Shown here: positions 1 through 14,100 of the stretch, piece by piece
Layout: each line of letters begins with the position of its first letter
Numbering within the stretch: the first letter of the stretch is position 1
NCBI GenBank assembly: GCA_976226885.1
Contig: OZ320315.1
Span: 75,206,001-75,270,000, forward strand
DNA: 64,000 nucleotides
Source of the DNA: Iphione sp. A-MEVVRFRX5
Taxonomy: Eukaryota
Direction of reading: 5' to 3'
The notes under the pieces: model-generated
The model's input: the letters and a program-made list of their open reading frames with translations, nothing else
Database searches by the model: none
Told to the model about the DNA's origin: nothing
Translations under genes and position numbers: made by a program

Positions 1-3000
1 AGTAACATTAATGATTCACATAGGAGCTAACAATAGGTACGGTTTACTGGGAACTAGCTTATGGCTGAGATTCAGACTCAAGATAATTTCTGCGTCTTGG
101 TAAAAGGCAATGGGCACAGGGAGGGTTTTTCTTTGGCCAACAATATGCAGATTGTGATGCCACAAACGTGTTTTTATATATCTCTGGACAGCTCTAAGAC
201 TCGTACTGCCTTTATTATTATCAGGAAATGTTATATACTTTATGTTCTGAAGATCACATGGAATATAATTACGAAGTGACGACATTGTATTATTCCTTTT
301 CTCTTAGTGTCTAGTCATCAGTTATGTGTAATGCTGACGTTCATTGTTAGGTTTGCATAAGGTTCTGTTTTTTCTTTTGGTACATGAATATCGAACAACA
401 GTTTAAATGACTGAACACAGGGATGATAGCTGGTGATCACAAGACCCGAGTCAAAATACCTGTCAGACTCAAAGGTCTCTTGTGAGCAGTGTGGCAGCCA
501 TCCTATTCATAGTACTGCTTGTGTAAATGTTTAGTTCCGAAACTCCTTTGTACCTGGTACTTTCGTATACAGGTCATTCAGAAAATTGCCCTCTCAGTCT
601 TTGTACCTATATATGATTCCCTCTAAATACATGTATGCTTCCATCCACATTTTTGCATATATTATGTTTTTGATTCTCCTTTCCTTATATCTCTTTGGGT
701 GTATTCATGTGTGTACGTATCTCTGCATGTTGGATATTCTTTGCTCTCTTTATGTCTGTGAATATTTTGTGTCCTTAAATGTATTATTGTTTCGCCATGT
801 TTCCTTCGCTTTTTTGTCATGTCTGCCAGTTTTGTTTCCATCTATGCGTGGGCGTTCGTTCTTCAGTGCGTATGTTTACTGCACACGTTATTTCACTCTG
901 AGTCGGTGGATCCGTGTGAAGAATAATCAGATGTGTCATGTCGGTAAGGCCCCCTACTTGTTCATGAAGGTTGCAGGGTGATGACCTGTCCGTTCCCATG
1001 AATGCCGCAGTGTCACCAGTGTCACGGATGCTGCAGTCCTTGTTAAATGGACAGGGAAACAGCCAGGTGGGCCTGAAGGCAGAAAACAAGACTAGGAAGT
1101 GGGGTGGTTGGAATGAAAGGAATAAAGGGCCAGCAAAAGGGCAGAGTTTCTTACGCACAATCTGGTTGAGAATGACTCGGGTCACGGCCATAGATAGCTG
1201 TGATGGAGGAAACTTTGGGTAGGTTGACAGGGGATCTCCATTGATAACAATGAATGTCAATGAAATCATCTCTAAGTATCCTGTGTGTCTTGTCTGGTAG
1301 GGCCGTAGAAGGTAAAGTGCTTTTGTTCTATTATCATGGGGTTATGCTTTAGTTTGTACCCAAGATTTGCAATAACATCACCCTAGTTTATTGTATCCTA
1401 TGGCAGGGATGTCAATGAATTCGCCTAACAGTATACATGTACATGCAGGAGGGGAAGGCTGCTTTGTCATGTCGTCTTGCATTAAGAGTTATGCAAGATG
1501 TGCAACAGAATTTCTCTGTTCTTCATTTCCTCTAATAAAAGCACCAGGGAAATCGCCTTCCAGTATGATGATGTTACCGTTGTAGTAGGGGAAGCAGCGG
1601 TTCTTTTACCGTGTAAAATGGTCATTACTTTTTTAAAAATATAGTATTTGTCTACTGTGATGTGATCGTTACGTAAGTCTGCTTTTATAGATTGTTCCCT
1701 TGTCTGTAACTACCATCATTTATTATTTTTTTCACTTTTATGATCTAACCTCATTGGGTGTAAACCTCAAAGGCGCTCACAACTTCGGTTAGCAGACCAT
1801 CAACCCTTTTGGATCAAAAGAAGATGCCCATGCATCTAGCCCGAACTTGAACACAGGAGTTAAATATTGATACATTTGTGTTGTTGATGTCTACACAAAA
1901 GGAGGTTAAGGTATTGACAAGGCCCAAATTCTGACTATCAGCCGTGTATGGGATATATTTAGCGCAATTCAAAAGCTCCTACCTCAATCCACTCAAACAG
2001 ATAAAAGTAATGAAATATTTTTACGATTTTGGAATTCTAACAAGGTCTCAGTGAAAATGCCTATATATTGGATAAAGCAGAGTGAAGGACCAGAGGACCA
2101 AGCATGGCAATAATTTGTTTTCATTGGATAAGCCGTTGTTCTTGTTCAATTTCAGGAAAAACAAATGGAGGGTAGATGTCGGTTTACATTTTACAACATA
2201 GAAATATGGCATAAAATCGTTTTAAGGGCACAAAAACAACCAAATAGATTAAATTTAGAATTTATGTGCTTATTAAATGCATAATGAAGGCATTCTAATG
2301 GTTTTAATTCTATGGAAGTAATTCATAGACTTGAAAACCAGATGTTGACAAAGTTGGTATATAATGCACATGTATGTTTATTAAACTGGAAGTTTCAAAA
2401 GTTAACATTGTGACATGCGTCATTCAAAATCGTGAACAGCATATTTTCAAAGAAAAAGTATGAAAATCCTTCCATAAAGATATTTCAACTAAATTTGCAA
2501 CCGAATAGTCCTGACATGGTGTATACATTCATTAGAACTGCGATTAAGTGATATTGGGCTGAAGGGTCGCCATTAACCCTTCACTTTGCCCTCGCAAAGG
2601 GGCTTTGTCCTTTCTCTCCGGCAAGTGAAGGATAAGGTAGCCATTCACCCAAAAGTCACATCATGGCTTCAACAACCAGAACTTGCAAACGTCCGAGTTA
2701 ACAATTACAAAATGGATATTTCATTGTGGGAAAAATATAAATCTGCGTAAGTGCAATATTAAATTCGCTTGCCGTAATTCCTAGAAAAAGGTAACAAAAA
2801 GAAAAGTATGTTGGAAACAAAACCAGAACCCTTTGGATACAGGGACGTGGCTTTTAATGGTCTAGCGGTCAAAGGGAAGCAAGCTTTTGGGTCTTACTAG
2901 GACTCTTTCTCATGCTCAAATGACAGATTGCTGGTTTGGTTGCTATGATAAGTTACCCTTGGTTACTGATTCAGCAGTATGTGTGATGGATAGTTTAGTA

Positions 3001-6000
3001 TTCTTAGTGTAACTCGGAACATATCTGGGGTATATTCATTCCGTAAAATGCTATTAAACATTAAAAAGAATAGTTCTAATTTTATATGGCTGGATAAAAT
3101 ACGCGTGATATTAATGCAAGCCTGTGACTTAAGTTGCACTTGAGCATCAAGCATATATCTAATATCAATGCCTTGTAAGCAAGTTTATAGCTTTTCAATA
3201 GGGACCAATATTCATTGATTCAAAGCCTTCCATAATTAGACTTATTGATGCTAAATTTTACAGATAATCATTAGTGTTTGGAGAGGGCAATTTGTTCCGA
3301 ATGTTCCCTTCTATTTACCGCGTGGCATATCGAATGCAGGTGGCAGCCTGTCAACACGGATTTTTTAACAAGAACATATTTACACGAATAGCGCTGGGTA
3401 AACTGTATTCATACTGGGAGGACAGTCGTTTTAAGCCAGGTCACATATGAGCTTGTGGGCTGACAGACAGACAGACACAATAGGCGCACGGAAAAGACAG
3501 AGACAGGAGAGAAATCTTCGTTTCGTGCGACGGTGGCACCAATCATAGGGAGGTGGGGGAGGGGGGAGTAGTGGCAGTAGATGTCACGGCCCACCCTACA
3601 AGCAGCTACACATAGGCCAGAACCTTAGGCCGTTAGTGAAACGCTGAGTCTGTGTGTGTAGAGGTTTGATTCTGGTATGGGAGGTTTATGAGCCAGGTTG
3701 AGTGTTTGGGGCATCTAGCGATTGGATTCAAGTGTTGGATGAATATGGTGAAGACATGCTCTGGTGGTTAGATAGTTTCTCTGTGGCTGGCCGGAAACTT
3801 TACTTGGTAAGAGAGCTGGCAAATCCTCTCCATTATACTGAAGGTCATGTCTAGGAAATAAGTACATGTAGATAGATGTGTGGGTTCTGATCAACTGGTG
3901 CTTCTTAAGATATATGTAGAGGGACAGTAGGTCAGATCTGATAGATAGGGTGATGGTGTACCATGTCTCCAGTTTATCCTGCATTTTCTACCCGTGTATA
4001 CACTATTATCATGCAATTAATAGATGTATGAGACACATAGACACACAGATACAGCCCTCGGGATAGACTTGGCCCAAAGTATATGCTGTATGGACAATGT
4101 TATTACTGGAAAGAGGTGAACTATTGTAGCATCACATCCTAAGAATGACTAGTTATAGTACTAGGCATTACATTTCATTCCTTTTGCGTGTTCCCCTTTT
4201 ATGACTTCATCTCAGTACTTTCTTTTATAATTTATTTCTGCATGCCTGTTTATATTTACACTGGATCAATTGATAGAGATCAGTTGATAAAGTCTTGTGT
4301 GCTACAGTTTCGAAACATACGGGTGGTTTGTTCAGATTGGAAAGTCTGTTTTCAACCTTTATTTAAATACAAGTTTCATTCGGTACATTGATGAAGGCTT
4401 GGAACAGTTCATAGCGATCAGTCGATATCATTAGTGTGTTACAATGGCAGGATATGCACAGGTGGTGCACTCAGATGGGAAAGGTTGAGGTCAGTGTGTA
4501 CATGCTGAGGGATGATTAGTGCATGCCGTGATACTCACTGAACTCTTTTTCATATCAGAAATGACTTTAAGAGCCATTGTTAAGAAAAGATGCTACCGTG
4601 AATACGGAGTGCTTAGATTGCTCTGCCGTTGCTGTGATGACGTAACAGATTGCGTAACGTACTAATCATACATTTGGTAATTGGCATGAAAACTTTTAAC
4701 AAGCTGTAACAAGCCTAAAAATATCTTTGAGAAGCCCCAGATCCCTCTAAGCGTCGTAGTGACTATCCCAGCCGTTAAACACTGAGCGGACATCAGGCGC
4801 AGGTTTTCCCAATGATGGCTCCTCAGACATTGTTTACATCATAGTAAGGGTGTTCAACCATTGCTGAGCATTGCAGGGGTTGGTGAAAACCATCATCCCG
4901 TGTTTTGTTACTGACTTTTGTTTTGATAGGCCTTCCTGGAGAACGTGGTAGGTGCTGATGAGCAGCTGGTAATTAGAAATTTGCATTTATTTACACATGA
5001 TTTTGTGATGATGAATATTATGAGTTGTAAAGGTGCAAGAGGAACCTGGGTCTTATTTCTCACATTTTATTTTTCACTTCCCGAACTTCCTCCCGTTTAT
5101 CTGTGGTATTGTCGTATCGCTGCTAGGCGATGGATAGCCGGGGAGAGAAACGGTTTGTCTGGCACCAGCGATGGTGCCGACACAGTCAGCAATAGTAAAA
5201 GGGAACTGCAAGCAAGTACATTGCAGCAGTATCAAGTTGCATTTGGCGTTTCTAACGTAAATTTCTCACTCTGCGATTCGCCAATTTATATCCATTATTA
5301 AGCTATTGCTTGAACAGCACCGTTAGATTAATGTGTAGTTCTGTTATTAATCTGTTTGGAATGAGAAGTAGATTTACTTTTAATAACACCCCAGTAGCAA
5401 CACAGACTGTGACAAAATGTATAGAGTTCGCCATATTTTTCATATATTTAAAGCAGAAAAGAAAAGCAGTCGCATTCTAATGACGTGGGGGGAGGGAAAT
5501 TGGGTGAAATTGTGTTCATTTTTACTTTACACAAATTGTTAAGACAATAGTATAACAGCTCCCAATGTGCACCGCTTCCAAATTTCACTGCAAGAAGCTA
5601 AAATTTATTTTAGAATATTTTCAACTATAAGGGTTAGCCCGCTTATTTATAAATGCATATTGCATTATAAATACACGGTATACATGTGTTATGTATAGTT
5701 TAACTCTGAAAGCGGCAATGTCTATGTAAGATTGAACCATTACAGGATGATTTATTCTTTAGGACATTGAAAGCAATATTTCCTCATGAAAATGTCACTC
5801 ACGAACGACGTACTTGGATCCATTCCTATATCAAGTACTTTCTCAAATTAAGCTCATGTTTAGTAAATGAATTTCCTTGTCTCTTGCTCATTATTATTCC
5901 TGTTGCCAATACAAGCGACTCTTTGCTAATAACTTTCTATGAATAAAATATACCAGCAATCGCTAATGGAGGGCAGTTGAACCTAACACTTGGTTGATCC

Positions 6001-6653
6001 CCGTGTGCGCAATATGATAAGGCATACCACATATATATTTCAGGAATTGTGTAAATTATTCAGGATGGGTACTAAATCTTGTTATCCAGGTGAAAAGGTC
6101 AAACAGCTTATATGGACGACGCAGTTTAGGCTAAGAGCCCGGCAAGGCACATAATAGGCGTTCAATGTGGGTTCAGAACAAGAGGGCTGCAAGGGGATCA
6201 AGGGTTAGTAGGACAGAATGGTTTTTGGCTAATTGGTGGTAGAGTCCAATGGTCTCCCTGGGGTCCCGTTATAGTAATGAAATATAGTCCTCCCAATGCA
6301 CATTTGCAAATGTCGATAGGATGTCCTGACCACAGTGTGTAATACACTATACCCATACCGGTCAAACTCGGTCAACAAAGCTTCGTTAATGCTTCTCCCA
6401 TCTGCAGTATGGCTGCATGTTCTTCTCCCGATTCAGCGAATATATCTTTCCTAGTTGCTCTAATAATATGTAGTTTCTATTCTATATGTCAGGAAATTAT
6501 AGTAGTCCAATTTATACATGGATGAGATATCATTGGTTATCCCATTAGTAATGATATTATTTCTAGGAAGCAATTATTGCAGATACTGTCATTACTATCT
6601 GAATGTAATGACAGACCGCTGTATCGAATGCAGTTCCCATATAAGTAAATAAT

Positions 6654-6654
<1 letters not shown>

Positions 6655-6720
<66 letters not shown>
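6655..6720. repeat. (CT)n microsatellite
   Basis: Uninterrupted CT dinucleotide run of about 33 units; explains the spurious ERERER/LSLSLS ORFs. Confidence 0.98.
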
Positions 6721-6724
<4 letters not shown>

Positions 6725-7787
6725 GTTTTTTCCTTGTTTGTGTTTTCCCTCCTTTACCCCTTCCCGCCTTACTCATATCTTGCCTTGTTAATTATCAGTA
6801 TCCACTGCAGGTTTCTAACAATTCGAGAATGTGTATTTTTACTGCTGCAGTTGCACATGCAAACAGGACATCCTTCTATTCCTTTCGTGACGAATACTTT
6901 TCATTGATCGGTTCGTTGATTCCATTTCACTTAATATAATAGCCGCCACATGCCAATAAGGTCATAAAGATAAGCTGCCTACCGGTCCAGACTTAATATG
7001 ATCAACAAATAATTGAATGTTACCTGTCCGGATGTAGGATATTGGAATGATAAATACTTCCATGCTTTATGGTAGCATAGCATGTCTGCTGTTGCAAGAA
7101 TATTAAAGAGGAGAAACGGACGGGAAATTTGCATCCGCCACTTGAAATTGAAACCATTTCTTTGGATAGAATTATAAAAAACGTATTGTCGTATGCAAGG
7201 CTCAGCTGCACGGTTTCGAGCATAGAACACTAGATATTACATATAGCATTATAATATAATATCCGACTTCAGTAGAAAGTCTAAAAAGTATCGATCGTTT
7301 GAAGACGACCCAACACAAAAGATGCGCGAGGAGTTGAATCAACACACCTCGATCGTTATGCAAGGGCAGCAAACACACGCAATCTCCAGGGCATGGCAAG
7401 CAAGAGATGTGTAAGAAGATAGAACAGGTTGGGATAATAGCAGATCTCGGCAGGTATACAGGAAGCAATGGAGGGTACAGAACTACAGTGTACAGCGACA
7501 GATCAATAATCTGTGAGATGGGACAGCTGGTAGGCTAGTCAGTGATTAAAGTGACGACGACAAGCTGGCTGCTTGTCTCCGCTAAGTAGTGTTTTAAGGG
7601 GGCCTCAGACACCCGCCCGTCATGCATGTTGGCATGCACGCCTTACGGCCAGTGCATCGTCTCTATACCTACTGATGTCTCTTCAAGTATTTCTGTGAAT
7701 GTTTTGTCCTTCTGCCCTCCTCCAGCTTGGTAATATAACCTTGCTTTCCCGAGGTCCATTCCTCTTTCTGGCCTATTTGGCGGTTAA

Positions 7788-8103
7788 CCCTAATAGGGCA
7801 GATAATGCCTTCAGGCATTTTCCCAGGCTAAGACAGATAATGCCCGAAGGCATTCCCAGGTTGCAATGGCTAATGTGTGAAGGCATTATCTGAAATTTCA
7901 GGTTATCCATCATTCATACCAGAAAAATCAGATAATGACATAAGCAATTGCCTATTCTATTGAATTTCAAGCTTTTTTTGTAGAAACATACGCTGAAATA
8001 TGTCTTTTTCCTTGCATAATTGATAGAAATTTGATTAATATACATATTTTGATATATAACCCGCGAGAAGAAATCATCCAACATACCTGCCGACCCTAAT
8101 GGG
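7788..8103. mobile_element. piggyBac-like MITE (degenerate)
   Basis: TTAA at 7784-7787 and 8104-8107 flanks ends CCCTAATAGGG...CCCTAATGGG; internal direct and inverted copies of CAGATAATGCC. Confidence 0.5.
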
Positions 8104-11100
8104 TTAATTTGTTCCGATTAGCTTAACATGTGCTGGTTCGTCTTCAATCCTTTTTTGTCACACTGTATCAATCTGAGTTTGTTGTCTAGGTATCCGCTCA
8201 GCTGTTTCTACTGTCTGTTCTCCATGTCTAGCTCTGTCCTCAATTATGTATCTTTCTGATCTTTCTAACCGTATGTCTGTAAACGCTGCCAGTTCATTCA
8301 TAGATCGTCACACTTGGGAGTGAAAAGTGCTTCTAATGAATATAGTTTAATTTGTTGCTACATTAATTAAGAGGTTACCTACGTTACCCCTAGCCTGACT
8401 TACTTCGGTTAGTACATGCATTTATAAGTAGTAAAAAATGTAATGCTGGTTGATATTCACTACATTTCTGGCTTTTTCTCTCGTTGCCTGTTGTCTTTCT
8501 CTATTTCTGTCATTGTGGCCATACCCCTCCAGCAGGCTCGCTCTTTCTCTGTTATTACCTTGTCCACATCCTGTTGTCGTACTTACTCGCTCTCCTAGTC
8601 CCGTTGACACTCACTCACTGAGCGACATAACTGGAGAACCACCAAGGACAACTGAGATACGTGCACTGAAGTAACACCCAAGCACACGCGCATGGAACAA
8701 GACACACAACGAACGCGCTAATGGATCCCCAACAACTCACACTGTAACCAAATTTCAGCATGAACAACTCACGCCATTACTGCCTGACTCTCTGACCACG
8801 TCAGTTTCACAATCTACTTGCCTCATATGGACATACCAGAATTTACTATTCCATGTCAAAATTTTGTTCTAACAAAATCATTCCTCAGAGCAATATTGAC
8901 GCCTTTGGAGCGTCGCTTTGCATTCGCGTGACCTGAGACATGTCGACCATTACCTCTATGAAATAGAAAGTGAATCAATAGAGGAGAAATGCATACATAA
9001 TACGATGGTAAACTTTGCCATCTCAAAATCTGCCAGAGGAGAGCAGACCAACATAAATCAGCCATGTGCCCTTCAAGTTTTACCTCTACTTTGAGTTGAA
9101 GTAGAGAGTTTGAAGTTCACATATACTTCTGATATGTTATGGTTGATTTTAACTCAAACATCATCAACTTTTGTTGCAGAGAGGCTCCTACCAAAATACT
9201 TGAGGTGATAGGCACATAGCCATAAAAGTTCCTCTGGGTTCAGTTGAGCGGATATACAATGCTGAAAATCCTATTACGATGCTGGTTCGTTATGGTGTAA
9301 GGTGGGAATGGTGTGGGTTAAGTACAAGTTTGCTATGGTGTGATTTGGTCAGGGAGTGCCTAGAGTAAGGCCTCAGTTGCTTATCGTCCAGGTTCCCTCG
9401 CCAACTGACACCTTTGACTTAAATTAAGCCCCAGCCACACACGTCACAACTTGTCCACAATGGCAAACCGCCGAGAGACCATATTCCGAGGGAGATGGGT
9501 CCGATTTCCTTTTTCCACTCTCAGTTCATCATGCTGTCATCTTTTTTGGACGCAGTTATTGAATGCTCAAGAAATTCGTGTGTTCGGTAATTGCAACGTC
9601 AGGGAAGGTACCACCAATACGATGTTGTGTGTCTCTGCCAAACGTCCCCATGTGGTACCCAAATTAATAAAAAAAAAGTCCCGTTTTGTTGAGAATTTCC
9701 TACCGAAATGTCTTCTAAACAAAACGACTGTGAAGTAAATGTATATTAATTAATTGACGTTTGTTAAAGAGCCTGCATGTGGCTATACTTCACAAAATTG
9801 TCTGAACTATAAAATGAGGAGAACATTCATGTTTATCAGCAAATGAGCCGCGCTGTTTCTTGTCCCTCAACAGGACAGGACGTACAAGTGAATGCCAACT
9901 GAGTACCAACACGACCAAGAAGAGCACTGAAAGTAACTGAGCGTCAAGGCCTTGCTGTTTTCTCTGGAAAGATTTATTCACATTTTTTTTTCAAAACTGG
10001 CAGTGTGCCCAGAGACCAGCCTTGCAGTTATTAAGGTAGAAATCCACGAACTGTACCATAGAAACTGGAAGTCCTTGCAGCAGTGTTTAGACAGCATCAG
10101 GGATTAAGCGATTATGAAATTAAAGAATAACATAGCGGACTATCTCTAACTTTCCAGGACGTAAACAGAGACTCTGAGTTTCGCATAGTTAATTCCTGCT
10201 GAAACTGTCGTAGAAGCATTAACCCTATTCGAAACGGCCAATTCGTTTCGTGTGTTGCCATGGTGACAGTGCATAACCATTCACAGTTTCTCACAGAGAG
10301 GAAATTCGTGTCTACTAGTTAGGGCTTCTTCTGCAGTACTTGCTCTTCAGCAGGGGACAATCTTAATAGGGTTTGTAAGAAATAGTATCACGCTACGTTC
10401 TATTAGATGTGTCACAAGATCTCGTAGCTCGAAAAAGAGAAATCCTTTTAGATCCTCACAACCACGGTCTTCTTAACAATTGTGCCATCTGAGAATGGAA
10501 TGAAGTTATCCGTAGGCTCTTACAATTCTCATAGTACCCTAGCAGTGATTGTACAGGATTTTCAAGACTAGGTTTACACACACTTGGAACGCAATAAAAG
10601 GAAGTTGATCAACAATTTAATGATCCTTTTATCCATGTATATGTAACTAGATATCTGCATATGGGAAGGCATCCATAAGTAAAGGGTCCTTCGTTTCCTT
10701 TGTGCCTGCATATCATAGCTCTTAAATATACCATTTGAAGACATCACCCTTGAACACCATTTAGAACTGGTCACTGCCGTCGAAGGCCTTCCATTCCACC
10801 CTGAAAATCAGCTGTTGTTACCAACACGCAATAACTTCCCACGCAGCGTCAGATTAACGATGATGCAGGGTCCAATCATTTGTTCGGCGAAATCACCTCT
10901 CAGTAAGTACATGTAGGGCCTATATGTATGTCCCGTTGAAGAAATATGCTGACGCAGGGAAAAACACATGAAACTATTACAATGGTACAATATGATTGCG
11001 AAATATCCTCCCACACAAGAAACGTAGGTGGCGTGTTTCCTTAACTGTGCGTTTTATTCCTCTTTTTTGGCGAGGATTTTCAAAGTGATAGCAGAACACC

Positions 11101-14100
11101 TTATTCAATTTGGACAATGCGGTAATCTCTCAAGATTCACCTTCATGCATTACAAACAAACCCAAGAAATACCTTCGTGGTGTTTTCACGTCTGCACTTA
11201 AGTGGTAACGTTTAGTCACTGGCTCTTCCGAAAAAGAAAGATTTTAATGAAACGAGAAAGGGAAGCAGATTCCTCTAGAGGAGAGCGGTATTTCTATACA
11301 CCTATGGATTAACTTTATGGAACACATGGATCACCCTCTTTGTAGTAGGGAAGGGGAAGAACAGTTCGTAGGAAAAATATTGAAACAGTTTCAATTGCGT
11401 ACAGATTTTTCCTGAGATGATATCAGGTCGCCTGCGGCAGTGTGTGGAAGGAAATATTAACAGCGTCCGAGCGATGATTTGGCCTGGAAGAGAAATGGGT
11501 TGATGCAGACCGCTGTAAGACGTCAGCCAGATAGCATTTGAGCTACGTCTTTGAAAAGCAAATCCGCAACAGTTGTTTTCAGCGTGTTTCAAGAAAGTCA
11601 GCGCTTCAGTTCCCATCATGAAATACCAGCTTCTAGGAGGTGTTGGCAAGTTATAAAACCAGCTACTTGTCGAGGGCGGAATTAGCAAACGGTCTGCATG
11701 TCTTTTGGGTCTCTGTTGTGGTTTCTGCTTCCTAAATGACACACCCAGACAGGCTGGATCCCAGCCAGACTGCCATTTGATCCGACAACGAAACCCGCTC
11801 GTCCAGCCCTCACCATCCCCATCTCCTATGTTAATGTTCCGAAGGGACTTCGCCCTGTCAGAAATGCCTGTCGTTATTGGCCGCAGTCTCGGGGGAACGC
11901 TGGATCATGGATGCTCGTCCTGTCAGCACAAAGCGGCCATTTTCTCACATAAGCCCCCTCACCCCCTCCCGCTCTTTTTGCTGAAACCCATCCCCCCTAC
12001 CCCATCTACCTTCGTCGTCCCATCATCCCGCTATTTCACCACAGGTGAAGCTAGATTGCTGACCAGCATGCATTGCTGTCACTTACCCCTTGTGTTTTCA
12101 TATGCACACCCACACTTTTTCTCTGTAGTAAATAAGGGAGGCTTCAGAGGCAAAGGTGCTGTACTTTGCGGGATCCATTGATATCTCCACAATTGGGAAT
12201 TCTCCACTCAGCTTTTTGTAATCGATTGCCATACCAGTCGATATGACTATTTTTCGCGCACTTTTATCACCGCATAAGACTCACCGTCCATATATATACA
12301 TATATATGGACGTATATACGTGCATTTACACAGCACGTACACAATGATGTGGAAAGGGTTCACCATGGGGAAAATAAGTAATGCCAGTTGTCCTTTTTCC
12401 AGACTGCTTCTGGACCATCGTTTGCAAATACACCTAATATAACATATGTATGGACAAAGCGCCTCCATATTATAATAATAATTCTTTTTTCTATTTTTGT
12501 CCACCATAAAATTTGCTCTTTCCTTTTACCACATCGTTTGGTAAACCGCCAATTGTTATACTGCTACTTCAGTTCTTTCCGATACCATATATACAATGTA
12601 ATGTATACATGTATTAACATATGTCCTCCTTTGAAGCCCCCCCCCCCACACTCATAAAGAGGGGGAGACCTTAGGAATGCTGCTGGCTAACTGTCCGACC
12701 TTCTGTCACTCTCTTGCGGGTCTTATAAGTCTATGACCCTTCAGTCAAATGGATTGATTTTGATATATGATACTTATATGTACGAGCCGATGACAATGTC
12801 TAATTTTGGTAGTAATGCAATTATTCTAAAGGTGTGTGCGGGCTAATCAGATATGGTCCAGTCCACCCATTCCCCACCACCTCATGCGTGCTAGGAAAAA
12901 ATATATAACATATTTAAAACTATGTTATAGGCTTTATCATATTGTAAGTTCTTTCAAATTCATTATTAATTTGCATTCCATTTGCATAGAAGGCTGCAAC
13001 ATTTCCACTGATATGCCACACTTTCAACAAAAAGCCCGAAAAAAGCTCAAACTTTCCACAAATATGCCTCTCTTTCAACAAAAAGATATAACATTTCCAG
13101 TGATATGCCTCACTTTTAACAAAAATGTTTTATTATATTCTCTGACATTAATTTTGAAGAATTAACATAGTTCTTTTGTCATGTTTAAAGGCAATTAAGA
13201 CAGTGCCTTTAACCCATATACATGGGGACAAGCCCCACATCACGTGGCTTGGAGGTGTGGACAGCCTGAACCACGCCACAGGAGGCAGACATATCACTCA
13301 CACACATGGAGATAGCACTTTACTGTCCTATCCTTCATGATTTTAACTGTTTTGTCCTCCACATCCATTCACTTATCTTACTCTAACAAATGTGATAATG
13401 CTGAGCAATCATGCGGCCATCAAGAACCACCACCTTCATTAGACTAAGTTCTAATGTTACCAAGCCTGACTTCCTTTTCGTCATCTCTCATTGGCATCGT
13501 ACCCGAAACACCCCCTCCATGTCCCCTCCTACACCGCCGCTCTTTCCGTAAACGCTCCCTTGGCCACCCCTCTCGCGCCCCACTGCAGGAACTTCTGTGT
13601 CCTCACAGGACCCTGTCTCCTCCAGACAAATTACACGCAAATTCCGCGTGTATGCCGCCCTAGCTTACACAGCCTCGTCAACCCCATATGAAAAGAATCG
13701 CAGTTTGCATTCGGCCTAGGTAATTATTTTCTCATGACTTGCTTGCTCTCGCAAGCTCAATCTTTTTTAAATGCATCTCCAAACATAGATCCTATAAAGG
13801 AGATGCCATGTTCGCTTGTAGACAACGATGTTCATTTTGTAACCTTTTTCCTACTTTGCGACAGTTTTCTTCGTTAAGCATACCAAAGGCATTGATGAAT
13901 AAACTGATTCCCGTTCTCAGTGAAGTATACATTGTTTCAAATATATACAGCGCCCAGTTTGTCTTTCCTGATTAAAAGTATTTTTCCTGGTTTGAAATGG
14001 GTGTTTCTATACCGGTATGTTTATTTTACAGTGATGTCTTGACAATAATCCTCCAATAGCTACCCTATCATGATAAGTGTTGATGTTAATCTTCATTACA

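Noticed and set aside
969-1219. Possible exon GDDLSVPMN...GGNFG between AG and GT
   Set aside because: Splice-like ends only; no homology I can recognise.
6537-6939. ORFs with ERERER/LSLSLS
   Set aside because: Translations of the (CT)n microsatellite.
13005-13130. Three degenerate 41-51-bp repeats containing CTTTCAACAAAAAG
   Set aside because: Ordinary decayed minisatellite; irregular period and no spacers.
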